From assembly GCF_037042905.1 (NCBI RefSeq), contig NC_087250.1, positions 16,990,001 to 17,054,000 on the forward strand: a stretch of DNA of 64,000 nucleotides. The letters run 5' to 3'. The notes under the pieces were generated by a model that was not told where the DNA came from, searched no databases, and worked only from the letters and a program-made list of their open reading frames with translations. Below, piece by piece: positions 12,200 through 23,995 of the stretch. The stretch is from Lytechinus pictus. Its lineage: Eukaryota. The translations under genes and the position numbers were made by a program. Position 1 is the stretch's first letter, and each line of letters opens with the position of its first letter.

Positions 12200-15069
12200 G
12201 GTTCTAGGACAACTACCCCCTGGACAATCACCCCCCGGACAACTACCCCCCGGACAATTACCCCCCGAGGACAATTACCCCCCGGACAATTACCCCCCGG
12301 ACAATTACCCCCCGAGGACAACTACCCCCCGAGGACAATTACCCCCCGGACAATTACCCCCCGGACAACTACCCCCCGGACAACTACCCCCGGACAATTA
12401 CCCCCCGGACAATTACCACCCGGACAATTACCCCCCGGACAATTACCCCCCAGACAATTACCTTCAGAAAATTCCCCCTTCTCTCCAGCATCAATGTTAG
12501 AATAAGGCGGGACCCATTGTAAGTTTTGGTTGGTGGCACAGGTTTCCGAAATATTTTCTACTTTATCTTACGTTAATAACTTTTTCTTTCTCTTTTATAT
12601 TGCTCTTTCTCCTGTTTTCTCACTTTCTTCTTTTTTCCTTTTTTGTTTTTGTTTAGCGGCGCCTTCTGCATCATGAAAAATGGGGGGGGGGGGGCTTGCA
12701 CCCGAAACCTCCCGTTTGGCTATGCATATATACATCAGAAAATGTGTAAACTGGCCCTCATTCTAAGTTTTCAGAGAACAATTGAACACGATTAGTCATA
12801 ATAATCACATATGCTGAATATCCCTGATTCCAACTGATCTGATTTTTTTAAATATTTATTTTGGGTTTAATTTCAGGTAAGAAATCAGGCAAATAGATAA
12901 AACGTAAAAAAACACCTTAATAGGTAGAAAAATTGAAAGTCGATAACGCAACTATGAACACTAACACTGTCAAGTAGACCTATAAATCTGTTTTTTTAAC
13001 AGTTCAACTAACAAGAAGCTAAGAATTATGAAACAATTGGTGCACATTCCAGATTAAGATGTGGCTTTATAACTTAATACAGTTAGCTAAAAAACTTTAT
13101 GCAAAGATAATACACACAAGAACACCTTGTAAATTACAAGGTGTGTTTGTGTGTATTATTCTTGGGTGAAAGCAATTAAACATTAAAGAAGGAAATTAAG
13201 TACCAAATTTACTAAATTGTAAACAATATGACATCATCAAATACAGTGTTTTTTCTATACAAATTGGCAATCATGATAGTATACAGTGCGTTTAAGGTGC
13301 ATTTTAAGGACGGTTTGTAAGAATTTATAAAGAAGTAGGCCTATGCAAATCAAATAATGCGACCGAGCACCGTGAGCTGAAAATATTAATATTTAGACCA
13401 TAAAACGGACATTTTACAGAGCACTTGAAAAATCAATTTGTAAATTAAAAAATAATGAAAGCTCGATATCCGAGATGAAATATGTTTTGTATATTGACTT
13501 CGAAACTTGATATTTTAAGCTCCATATCAGCCTATATTGAGCAAGATATTAATCTCATCGAAAAAGCAATGCGAGCGCGAAGCGCGAGCGGAAAATACTT
13601 GATATTCCGGTATGAAAATGGTGAATTTGAGCACTATCTAAAGCATTGTGTATGGAAATTGTGAAGTGGATGTGGAAAGCACTTAATAAATGATGCGAGT
13701 GTGAAGCGCGAGCTGATATCTTCATTATTATTTTGACCTAGGACCTGGACATTCTAGGTCTAAGGACATTTTGTCATCATATGAAAATGATGACAACTTT
13801 CTTATTCCTCTTCCTGAGCGCGATATGAAACATATGAAACTGTGATATTGTCGATATTCTTTTCTGAAAAGGGACAATTTAGTCATTAAGAATTCATGAA
13901 AATTTTATTATCATATTTATTAATGTAATAAGCCTAAATGAGTGAGTAAAATGTGTTGACACTGAGGCCTGAAAACTTGATATTTTAAGCACTTTTGTAA
14001 TCATGAATAGGATTTGTGAGTTGATATATTTTTAACAAAAATGCGAGCGCAAATCGTGAGACGAAATTTTTGGTAAACTGTCATAAAAGGGGGGTTTTAA
14101 GTAGTTTGTTATATAATTTGGCAAATCAAATAATGCGAGCGCATAGCGCAAGCTGCAAGTTATATTCACACCATAAAACGGACATTTAACAGAGCACTTA
14201 AAAATCAGTTTGTAAATCAAACAAAATTATGAATAATGTCCGAGCTGAAATATGCTTTGTAATATCGACTTCAAAACTTGACATTTTAAGCTACATATCA
14301 GCCTATTTAGCAAGATGTGTATCTCATCGAACAGGCTATGCGAGCCCGAAGCGCGAGCGAAAAAATTAATATAGTGACATGAAATATATTTTTTTATCAT
14401 TTTCCAAGTCATCCCCTGACCTTTTTTTTTCACTCGTCTCCCTCTTATTTTAACTCTTATTTTTCCTCCTTTCTTTCCCCTTCTTTTTCTTTTTTTTTTC
14501 TTTCCCCCTTTTTTCTTCATTTTTCTTGCTCTGCCGATAGGGGGGGGGGGCGGGCCCCTCGCCCCCCTGGATCCGCCTATGGATGGAGCTCAATTTTACA
14601 GCTTTCTTACGGCGTACGTTTGATTCCAAGATACTCGAGAATGCCTTGAGTACTTCTTACGTCAAACGTACGGCCGACGTATGACTCTGTGCACTCCCTT
14701 TGTCTATATAGGGGGTAATTGTCCGGGGGTAGTTGCCCGGGGGGTAATTGTCCGGGGGTAGTTGTACGGGGGGTAGTTGTACGGGGGGTAATTGTCCGGG
14801 GGGTAGTTGTCCGGGGGGGGGGTAATTGTCCGGGGGGTAGTTGTCCGGGGGGTAATTGTCCGGGGGGTAGTTGTCCGGGGGGGTAATTGTCCGGGGGGTA
14901 GTTGTCCGGGGGTAGTTGTCCGGGGGGTAATTGTCCGGAGGGTAATTGTCCTCGGGGGGTAGTTGTCCTCAGGGGGTAAATGTCCGGGGGGTAATTGTCC
15001 TCGGGGGGTAATTGTCCGGGGGGTAGTTGTCCGGGGGGTGATTGTCCAGGGGGTAGTTGTCCTGATACC
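12200..15069. mobile_element. Mutator/foldback-type element with inverted arrays of a 15-bp repeat
   Basis: Ends GGTTCTAGGACAACTACCCC and GGGGTAGTTGTCCTGATACC. Arrays of about GGACAATTACCCCCC at 12207-12465 and inverted at 14710-15063. Perfect 9-bp TSD ATGAAAAAC (12191-12199, 15070-15078). Confidence 0.9.
13280..14582. repeat. Interspersed element with repeated GCGAGCGCGAAGCGCGAGC blocks
   Basis: The motif recurs (about 13571, 13695, 14135, 14340), each followed by AT-rich spacer. The element ends GCCCCCCTGGATCCGCCTATG. The same family occurs at 44150-45805. Confidence 0.7.
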
Positions 15070-15390
15070 ATGAAAAACAAAGAGTTTTTCCTGCAGTAAT
15101 CTATGAAAAGGGAGCAAAAATATGGAAAGCGAAAAGCAAAATCCCACAAGCGAACACATCGGGCAGCATTGCGCATTTAGCCAGCAGGCTATACGCGTAT
15201 TGCACCTGCATTTTTACTGAGCGCAATGAATTGAATCGTATTGTGACGTCACCTCCTAAAGCCGTACAACGGTACATTTTAGATGGTACGTCTTTTGTGC
15301 AACGGTACGAATGTTTGACATTCAGCCTCCCATTAGCTCGCGTACAACAAGCTAAGTAGGCGTTGTACAATACCTGGTGAACAGTAACAT

Positions 15391-15972
15391 AGGGGAATGA
15401 AACCTTTGGAACAAGTAGGATTGTTTCAAAACAGAAAAATTAAAGAATAAGAACAAATAAAGTTTGAGAATAATCGGACAAATAATGAGAAAGTTGTGAG
15501 CATTTGAATATTGCAATCACTAATGCCATGGATATCCTCCCATTGGCAATGCGACAAGGATGAGTGATGTCACATTTGAACAACTTTCCCTTTGATGGTC
15601 TATAAAATACCCCCAAAATGTCTCTTTTTGCTTTTTTTATGGTGATACAATCTGTTTATCCATTATGTATTCTTTGAAAATCTGTATTACATGCCCTCCT
15701 ATAACAAGAATACATGATCTACTGATAGATGTGATAAAAGAGGCTGTTTAAGTGAAATATATACTAAAGTAATGGGGAAAGTTGTTCACAAGTGACATCA
15801 CACATCTTTGTCGCATTGCCAATGTGAGGATCTCCATAGCATTAGTGATCACAATATTCAAATGCTCCTAACTCTCTCATTTTGTCCGATTTTTCTCAAA
15901 CTTTCGTTGAACTGTTTCTTTGATTTTTCTGTTTTCACACAAATTATCTTGTCCCAAAGGTTTCATTCTCCT
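15391..15972. mobile_element. Kolobok-like MITE
   Basis: TIRs AGGGGAATGAAACCTTTGG and CCAAAGGTTTCATTCTCCT followed by TTAA. Palindromic interior. Confidence 0.7.
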
Positions 15973-16458
15973 TTAAGCACTTTATAACTGTCAGTGCCAT
16001 TTTGCCCCTGCATATTGAAGAAAAAAATCCTAAATCGCGAAATCGAAAAAAAAATATTCTCTCAAACAGATTGAATAACAAATTGACAAAAAAGGGGCGC
16101 TATTTCCACTCTTTCTTGTAAGTTACGACTTCATGAAGCTCTGGAAAAATCTCTCTACATCGACAAAATCAAAGGATTATTTGGAATATAAATTACTTGA
16201 ACTTGAACAATATAGTCAAAGGCAGCAGGGATCTGTTGTTTGGACGAAAATTTGACTGGATTCTGTCAGACTTTGGATATAGTTTATGATACGACTTTGC
16301 AATTTTGAAAATGGCGGCTTATAACAGGGAAGCCAATGAGAGGCAATCATACGCAGCAGCAACAGGGATCAAAGACAAACACACCATTACTGGTAAGCCA
16401 ATTTTCTTTAAACATCGGGATGTACCCCATGTTATGGAAAAGTACTTGGAAAGTCCTG

Positions 16459-18441
16459 GGGCCCATTTCATAAAGAGTTGCTATCATAGCAAGTTGCTAT
16501 CATAGCAACTCTGGTAGAATAGCAGCTTTTACTTGCTATGCTAGCAACTTGCTATGCTAGCAACTTTGCATTTCATAAAAGCACATTCGCTGGAAAGTCA
16601 GCTTGACTTTCCAGCTATTTATTTGAATAGTCATGTACGAGGCTGATTAGGGGGAAATCCCCTTTCTCTCCAGTTTTTTGTTTTCAATTCAAGTCATAAG
16701 TTTTGGTAGAAAGCACTGGCGGATCCAGGGGGGGGGGCACAGCCGGCCCGTGCCCCCCCCCCCCCCCCCTTTGAGAAGCAAAATTAGAAGAAAAAAAATT
16801 GAAAGAGAATATTATTATTTTTTTGCTTATTAATTTTTTCGGGAGCGAAATTATTATTTAGCAGCTGCAAACAGGGTCTGCAGCATAAGACTAGCAGTTG
16901 AAGCAGAGTGATGGCTCTATGGCGATAGTTTGCAATTCTAGAAGAGAGTAAGAAGAAAATATCTATTTGTCACAGGATGGCATAGCATTGTTTCTCCATT
17001 GTGTAAGTTTTCAGAGAATTGATTTCATTTAGCCCTATGCCAGGGAAAAAAATATTTAAAAAAGGGGGAAAATTTATTATTATTGCCGGTCGAAATTTCA
17101 CCTTCATCAAAGTTTCTACCGTACAAGTTTAATCCCAGTCCCACACTTGACTATTTGTGTCGGTAATGCAAGGTTGTATCAACAACAAGGCAGGCACAGG
17201 CCACTGCTGGTGCAGTGCTGTATGATCACCCTGAAGCAAGTAAATTTGTAGGCTCTAATTATGCATGAAACATCGAAAATGACCTCAAAAGATTATTTTT
17301 GTTCAAAATGGAAATGATTTTTAAGTTATCGGTTTCAACGGTGAATAACCATTCAGTAAATGGATTCAACAATGCCATGGCCACAACTTTTTTTTTTTGA
17401 GAAAGTCAGAAACAGAAAAAAAAAGCAATCATTTTTTCATGGCATACATTCGTAATTCCGAAGCTTCATTATTCCGAAGGTTCGTTAGTCCGAAAACGAA
17501 GTGAGGTTCGTAATTCCGAAGGTTCGTTAATCCGAAAACGAAATGGTTAACGAACGTTATTTCGTTTTCGGACTAACGAACCTTATTTCGTTTTCGGATT
17601 AACGAACCTTCGGAACAACGAACCTTATTTCGTTCTTGGATTAACGAACCTTCGGAACATCAAACCTTATTTCGTTTTCGGATTGTCGAACCTTCGGAAT
17701 AACGCCACAAATGTTCGGATTAACGAACTCTTTTACGTTTTCAGATTAACGAACATCGAGGTATAGGCAATTTACGTGTTTCGGAATTACGGACCTTCGG
17801 AATTACGAAGTGTAACCTTTTTTATGGCCTAGGGCTTTTTTAATTTAGGCCTTGCATTAAACACTTCCACATAATAGATCTACCTTCCTCTATTTTTTCC
17901 CACAAGAAAAAAAAATCCTCTCAATTTTTTTTTTTTTAAGTCTGTCTTTAACTTGCCTCCCTTTTTTTCCCTTTGCCTGCCCTGGGAAAGACTGAAAAAT
18001 TTGCTGTTTCGGAGGAATTTTTAGAATTTTTTTTTTTTTTGGGGGGTAGGTAGAACAAAAAAAAAAGAAACAGCATTTCTACTAGAAAGCATTACATTAA
18101 TATTTTCTTTATTAGCATTATCACAGACATTGCTCTAAATATCTGTTCTCTTGTAAGAGCCCTTTGGGCATGCCTGAGCACAACGTACACCATTCTTAAC
18201 AATGAAAAACCCTTTACAGTGTCAACTTGACGCTCCCCCATGACCAGCGTCAAATATTAAACCCTATTTGACGCTCCAGTAACCATACTTGTCGCTCCAG
18301 TAAAAAGTTGACGCTCCTACTGGAGCGTCAACTTTTTATGAAATGCGCTGCAGCGTCAAATATTTAATTTGACGCTGCAGGTGAAAATTTGACGCTGTTT
18401 TGGGACTTGACGCTGACGCTGTACCTTTATGAAATAGGCCC
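16459..18441. mobile_element. PIF/Harbinger-type non-autonomous element inside Tx1 ORF1, itself carrying nested inserts
   Basis: TIRs GGGCCCATTTCATAAAG and CTTTATGAAATAGGCCC. Flanks CTG (16456-16458) and CAG (18442-18444). Subterminal repeats (GCTATCATAGCAA on the left, TGACGCT on the right). Confidence 0.85.
17441..17817 (+). mobile_element. TTCCGAAGGTTCG-repeat MITE with 8-bp TSD, copy 1
   Basis: Ends GGCATACATTCGTAATTCCGAAG and CTTCGGAATTACGAAGTGTAACC. Flanks TTTTTCAT and TTTTTTAT (7/8). Confidence 0.8.
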
Positions 18442-19543
18442 CAGAAGTATACAAGGCCCTACTAAAGTCTGTGCCTACATCTCACATCATGGGCATACAG
18501 AAAGTTGGTGGGCTATGGAGGTTATACATTACACATCAGGACTATAGAATTGCACTGATAGCAAGTGGTTTGAACATTCGTAATGTATGCATTGCAGTGT
18601 ATGATTCTAACCCATTTCTAGCGGGTGGAAATGAGAACCTTCTTAGACTAACTGTGAAAGACATCCCTTTGTCTGTGGACAACTCAGTGATTGTTGATGA
18701 ACTTGAGAAACGAAAATACAAGGTGTCGGGAAAGGTTACGTTCCCAAAGTTGAGGGTAGATGGCCAACTAACAAACTGCCTAACGGGCGACAGAGTCATC
18801 TATATAGAAAAGCCAGCACAACCTGTTCCGAGAATCTTCTCTTTCGGAAATTTTCGTGGAAAGGTGTTTCATGCAAACCAAGTCAACAAAGATCAAATAA
18901 CATGTTCAAACTGTCTTAATAAGGGACATCATCGTTCAGCATGCACAAACCAGATCGTATGTCGGCTGTGCAAGAGGGAAGGGCACTTACAACGAGATTG
19001 TCCGAACCCCGGATTAACAAGCGAAGAAGGCCGAGAGGAGCCGATCGGTAAGCAAGGAACCTTGGATACTCGGGAGCGAAGTCAATACGACAAAAAGGAG
19101 CCGATGCGAACCGTCGCCAAGACACCCAATCACATAGCTGACAGCCAGGCTGGAGTTGAGATGCCGAAACGGACCGCTACCAAGGCAACGAGACGAACAG
19201 CTGACAACCAAGATGCTACCGAATTGCAGACCCTTTCACAAGATGAAACGTCGGGCAACACACAATCAAAGATTACGCAATTCATTCGTAGCGAGCGTCT
19301 CAAACAAGCAGACCGAGTTCACACAGAAACCAGCGCTGATGAATCGAGTGATGGTGATAGTCTAGAAATCGAGACGGATGATTGTCCAGAATCGGAAGTA
19401 TCGATAGAGTCACCCGAGTTGCCGAAGACTAGATCTCAACTTGCAGCGAAGAAACCAGCAAAGAAAAGAAAGCTAAAAGAGAAGAAATCAAAGAAAAAGT
19501 GAGGAAAAATCTTATTGGTGTCTCAACTTAATTTTCTTTTATC

Positions 19544-22500
19544 ATGTCATCGTGTCATCTTTTGAGCGTTAATGTGAGAGGATTGCGCAACAAAACCAAG
19601 CGCAACATCTTCTTCAAATGGTGTCAAAACCAAAAAGCTGACCTCATTTTAGCCCAAGAAACGTATTGGTCGAAGGAGATCGAACCAGTCATTAATAGTG
19701 AATGGAAAGGCAAAGTATTTTATTCTCATGGAAGCAATCGTGCAAGAGGTGTCGCAGTTATAGCAAAGGAAAATATAAATATCAACATGACTAAAGACAG
19801 TAGCTGTGAAGACAACACTGGAAGACTATTAGTGATCAAATTCACGAAGAACTCAGCTAATTATTGTTTAATTAATTTGTATGCTCCAACGGAGAAAAAG
19901 AACAAAGATTCATTTTTTAGGAAACTTCGAAAAACAATTGATCATATCCAAAACAAAGATAAAGATTGTTATCTAATTTTGGGAGGCGATTGGAATTCTG
20001 TTTTAGATCCACGAAAAGATACGAAAGGATCAAAAAGCTTGTACTATAAAACTCCACACAAACTAAAAACCTTGCTGAAAAATAAAGGATTCGTAGATGT
20101 CTGGAGAAAATTTAACAAAGATGTAAGACAATTCACTTGGAGAAATATGAATATGGATATTGCATCTAGATTAGACTATTGGATAATAAGTAAGGACATG
20201 TTGGGGAAAGTTGTCTCTACAGACATTAGACCCGTTGTTAAGGGAGATCATAATGCAATCTCTTTGAAATTAAGATTGAGCGAAATAATTAAAGGTCCAG
20301 GATATTGGAAACTTAATACTTCCTACCTTAGTGACAATAACTTTAAGACAGGAATTAGAAATGTTATATCAAAATGCCTTAGTGATAATGAAAATACCTC
20401 TATGATGAAACTAGAGATTTTGAAGATCAAATGTAGAGAATTTGCTCAGAAATTCAGCAAACGAAAAAGGAAAAAATGTGAAAAAGAACTTTTGGAAATT
20501 GAGTTAGCCAAATGTGAATGTGATTTAGACAATCGAAATAATGATATATCAAAAGGAAAATACCTACAACTTAAAGAAAAGTTAGAGAAGCTATACATAA
20601 ATGAATGTAAAGGTGCCGCAATAAGGTCACGGATCAGATGGATGGAAGAAGGGGAAAAAAACACAAATCATTTTTTATCCATTGAGAACAAAAATGGGGA
20701 AAATAAACTAATTACTCAACTAAGAGTAAATGGGAAGAGACATGTAGTTACTAAGCAACAGCATGTCTTAAGAGAAGTTAAACTATATTATGAAGATCTG
20801 TATAAGAGAAATCATATTAATCTAGATCATATGAATGAATATGTGTTCTCACAAGATGTGAAAAAGCTTAGTCAAGATGAAAGAAATAAATGTGAAGGCT
20901 TGATGAGTATGGCAGAATGCAAAAAGGCTGTATTCTCAATGAAGAGGAATAAAGCGCCAGATATGGACGGACTGCCTATCGAATTTTATCAAGTTTTCTG
21001 GGAAGAAATAGGCGAGTTGTTAATTAGTGCATTCAATGAATTCTTCAGTAATGGGCAGATGTCGCCTTCACAACGAAAAGGTCTCATAACTCTGATTTAT
21101 AAAAAAGGAAACAGTGATGATTTAAAGAACTGGAGACCAGTAACACTACTCAATTGCGACTATAAAATAATTGCAACAGTTCTAGCATTAAGATTACAAA
21201 AGGTTTTAACGAGTATTATTATGGAAACACAAGTAGGGTATATTAAAGGACGTTTAGGAGGTTTCAATGTAAGACTTGTTAAAGATATGATAGATTACAT
21301 GCATGAAAAAAATGTTGAAGGTGCAGTCATGATGGTTGATTTCACCAAAGCATTTGATTGTATTGATATATCTTTTATAATGAAATGCTTAGACAAGTTA
21401 AATTTTGGCGATGAATTTCGCAAATGGATCTGTGTCCTTTACAGTCGAATAGTAAGTTCAGTAATTGTAAATGGTAGGATAACAGAAGAGTTTCAAGTGC
21501 AAAGGGGAATACGGCAAGGCTGTCCTCTTTCGGCACTCCTGTTTGTGATTGCAGCTGAATTCTTTGCAAACAAGATACGTAAAAATGATAGTATAAGAGG
21601 TGTTTGTTTTGATGAAACCAATGGTCACTTTGAGTTAAAGGTATTACAGTATGCAGATGATACTACCTTTTTTGTTGGAGACGATAGCTCTTTAGAAATT
21701 ATTTTAACTGAATTAGAAGATTTTGGGAGGGTAGCCGGTCCTAAAATTAACAAAGAAAAAACTGCACTCTTATGGATAGGTAAGAAAAAAAATCGATGGG
21801 TGATACAAGACATTGACCTGACATGGGCAGAAAACCCGGTAAAATATTTGGGCTTTTTTATCTCTAATAATGTGGAAATTGCTAACAGTGCAAATTGGGA
21901 AAATAAGTTAGAGAAAATGCAACGTCTCCTAGATAATTGGCGTAAAAGAAACTTGACATTATTTGGTAGAGTGACGATTGTGAAATGCTTGGCACTAAGC
22001 CAAGTAGTCCATTTGCTTATGTTTAATTCAGTTCCATCAATAATTATTAAGAAACTAAATAGAATGTTTTTCAAATTCCTTTGGAATTCACGAATGGAAA
22101 AGGTTAGAAGATGTGATGTTATCAAAGATTACACACAAGGTGGTCTGAAAATGGTTGACATAGAAAAGAAAGTAGTCAGTTTTAGATTAAGATGGTTAGG
22201 AAGGTTAACAAATGAGGTAAATTCTATGTGGAAAACACTTGGAAATTATTGGTTTGAGCGTTTTGGAACTCTTAATCTAATCTTGAATAGCGACTTTCGG
22301 GTTCACAATGTTACCCCATTGTTTGATAAGAAAATACCTCCATTTTATGTTGAAATAATTCGAGCTTGGAGTCTGATTGATAAAGAAATATTATTCAGAA
22401 AAGAACATGAGGTAGAAAATATTTTATGGTTTAATCATTATATTGTTTTTAATAAATCACCACTATTTTTCAAGGAATGGTACAGTAGTGGAATAATATA

Positions 22501-23317
22501 CTTGGAAGACATTTTGAATGTTAATGGAGGCTTTAAAGATGTATCCGAAATTTCATCTATGTTGAAGTTTAAAAATAGTAAAAGATCTGTCATTTTTTAT
22601 TATTCAAAACTGAGGCAAGCTATACCTAAAATTTGGCTATCAAAATCTATTATTGAGAACCTACAAAGATCTGCGCATCTTGATATACCCAAACTAAAAA
22701 TAGGTAACTCAGTAAAATGTCTGGACCACGTACCTTCAAGATACTTTTACAATTATACTATACGTCATGAAGGGTCAAATTCACGTTGTTGTTTCTTTTG
22801 GGAAAATATTTCGAAAAAGAGTATAGTCTGGAATACTTGTTTCGAGAGAAACTTGTTAACAGTAAAAGAAAACAAACTTAGATCATTTAATTTCAAAATA
22901 CTATATAATTTATTGCCTGTGAAAAGAAATTTATGTAAATGGCGTATAAGTGAAGATGCTTATTGTAATAGTTGCCATGTAGAAGAGGACATAACACATG
23001 CCTTGATCACTTGTAAATTAAATCAAAATTTTTGGTCATATATAATTTGGCTGATTAAAAAAGCCTTCAATAAACACGTTATTATCGATGTCGATTTTTT
23101 GATAAAAAATAACGAGCACAAAGAACTAGATGATATCATTAATGTAGCTTTTTGGACTGTGTATAAATCAATTTTGTTACGTAATTACAGGAAAGTAGAC
23201 AATAGACCATCAAATCTAACGTTTTTATTTAAATCAGAATTGCGTAGGAGACTAGAAATGAACTGTACTGGTAAATCTTTGTATCGTCTTCCGTATGTAT
23301 TATTTGATTATGTTTAA
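19544..23317 (+). CDS. Tx1/L1-clade ORF2: apurinic endonuclease, reverse transcriptase and C-terminal zinc finger
   Basis: 1257-aa open frame. APE motifs SVNVRGLR, QETY, GGDWN, SRLDYW, GDHN. RT motifs NWRPVTLLNCDYKI, DFTKAFD, GIRQGCPLS, YADD, YLG. C-terminal CNSC...H...C. Confidence 0.95.
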   Translation: MSSCHLLSVNVRGLRNKTKRNIFFKWCQNQKADLILAQETYWSKEIEPVINSEWKGKVFYSHGSNRARGVAVIAKENININMTKDSSCEDNTGRLLVIKFTKNSANYCLINLYAPTEKKNKDSFFRKLRKTIDHIQNKDKDCYLILGGDWNSVLDPRKDTKGSKSLYYKTPHKLKTLLKNKGFVDVWRKFNKDVRQFTWRNMNMDIASRLDYWIISKDMLGKVVSTDIRPVVKGDHNAISLKLRLSEIIKGPGYWKLNTSYLSDNNFKTGIRNVISKCLSDNENTSMMKLEILKIKCREFAQKFSKRKRKKCEKELLEIELAKCECDLDNRNNDISKGKYLQLKEKLEKLYINECKGAAIRSRIRWMEEGEKNTNHFLSIENKNGENKLITQLRVNGKRHVVTKQQHVLREVKLYYEDLYKRNHINLDHMNEYVFSQDVKKLSQDERNKCEGLMSMAECKKAVFSMKRNKAPDMDGLPIEFYQVFWEEIGELLISAFNEFFSNGQMSPSQRKGLITLIYKKGNSDDLKNWRPVTLLNCDYKIIATVLALRLQKVLTSIIMETQVGYIKGRLGGFNVRLVKDMIDYMHEKNVEGAVMMVDFTKAFDCIDISFIMKCLDKLNFGDEFRKWICVLYSRIVSSVIVNGRITEEFQVQRGIRQGCPLSALLFVIAAEFFANKIRKNDSIRGVCFDETNGHFELKVLQYADDTTFFVGDDSSLEIILTELEDFGRVAGPKINKEKTALLWIGKKKNRWVIQDIDLTWAENPVKYLGFFISNNVEIANSANWENKLEKMQRLLDNWRKRNLTLFGRVTIVKCLALSQVVHLLMFNSVPSIIIKKLNRMFFKFLWNSRMEKVRRCDVIKDYTQGGLKMVDIEKKVVSFRLRWLGRLTNEVNSMWKTLGNYWFERFGTLNLILNSDFRVHNVTPLFDKKIPPFYVEIIRAWSLIDKEILFRKEHEVENILWFNHYIVFNKSPLFFKEWYSSGIIYLEDILNVNGGFKDVSEISSMLKFKNSKRSVIFYYSKLRQAIPKIWLSKSIIENLQRSAHLDIPKLKIGNSVKCLDHVPSRYFYNYTIRHEGSNSRCCFFWENISKKSIVWNTCFERNLLTVKENKLRSFNFKILYNLLPVKRNLCKWRISEDAYCNSCHVEEDITHALITCKLNQNFWSYIIWLIKKAFNKHVIIDVDFLIKNNEHKELDDIINVAFWTVYKSILLRNYRKVDNRPSNLTFLFKSELRRRLEMNCTGKSLYRLPYVLFDYV

Positions 23318-23454
23318 TGTATTTTGATATAAATGTGAAATGTATATACAGATGATTAAATAAATGCTATTGAAAGAAAAAAAAACAAAAACAAATTGAA
23401 CCACAACCCTCCTGACACAATGCGTCGTCACGTGATTCAGGCTGTTAATAAACT

Positions 23455-23990
23455 CGACATTAAACAAATATATCAGGCTTTGAGAAAGTATAGTGGAATT
23501 ATTTATCCGAGGTTGGACTGGCAATTACTATTTTTCCCGAGGGGCGAAGCCCCGAGGGAAGTATAGTAGTTTTGCCAGTCCAACCGAGGATTAATAATTC
23601 CCACTATGCTTTCGAATGAAACGCCTGATATATTTGTTTTATATTCTACTTTTAATAATTTATAACCAAAATCTATGCGCTGATCTTGCAAAGACCGGTT
23701 ACTTGAGTTGAATTACCTACTTTTCTCCGAGCCACCGTGCTCAGCGGAACGCAGATTAGTTCCTGCGCCGACGCATCGCTGGACTTGCCCAGGAGAGACA
23801 GCGCGCTGGCCGGTGCGCCCTAGAGTTTAGCTAGATATCCAGTTTTGTGAAATAATGACGTCAGAATATTGGTATATCCAAAAATAAATCGAGGTCTGAC
23901 GTCACGCAACACCATAGTTGAAATATATTCGGTCACATGATGCTACTTGAACCAATCATTATACAGGATTTACTCTGTGTAGGATATAAA
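23455..23990. repeat. Hairpin-core interspersed repeat
   Basis: Inverted arms of about 80 bp (AAACAAATATATCAGGC...GCCTGATATATTTGTTT) around CCCGAGGGGCGAAGCCCGAGGG. Confidence 0.6.
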
Positions 23991-23995
23991 GCCTT

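Larger units (their letters stand above)
11991..15370 (+). mobile_element. About 510-bp hairpin-core interspersed repeat, split by the 12200-15069 insertion
   Basis: 11991-12199 joined to 15079-15370 is the reverse complement of the uninterrupted copy at 23996-24501. Core hairpin CTATTCAAC-GAGGCGTAAGCCGA-GTTGAATAG. Confidence 0.8.
16311..19502 (+). pseudogene. Tx1 ORF1 (gag-like nucleic acid-binding protein, two CCHC knuckles), interrupted at 16459-18441
   Basis: 5' part MAAYNREANERQSYAAAT...YLES joins in frame to PEVYKALLKSVPTSHIMGIQKVGGLWRLY after the insertion. Knuckles CSNCLNKGHHRSAC and CRLCKREGHLQRDC. Lysine-rich C-terminus. Reconstructed length 401 aa. Confidence 0.85.
16087..23389 (+). 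mobile_element. Near full-length Tx1/L1-clade non-LTR retrotransposon
   Basis: Contains ORF1 (split), an intact ORF2, a short 3' UTR with AATAAA and an A-rich tail (about 23373-23390). Candidate 10-bp TSD AACAAATTGA at 16077-16086 and 23390-23399. Confidence 0.9.

Noticed and set aside
12106..15176. Proline-rich GQLPP/RTTTP ORFs resembling collagen or salivary proline-rich proteins
   Set aside because: They are translations of the 15-bp repeat arms of a TSD-flanked transposon, open in several frames on both strands.
18471..19502. Stand-alone 343-aa zinc-knuckle host gene
   Set aside because: It starts at a GTG, lies 41 nt before the Tx1 ORF2 and is the 3' part of the interrupted ORF1.
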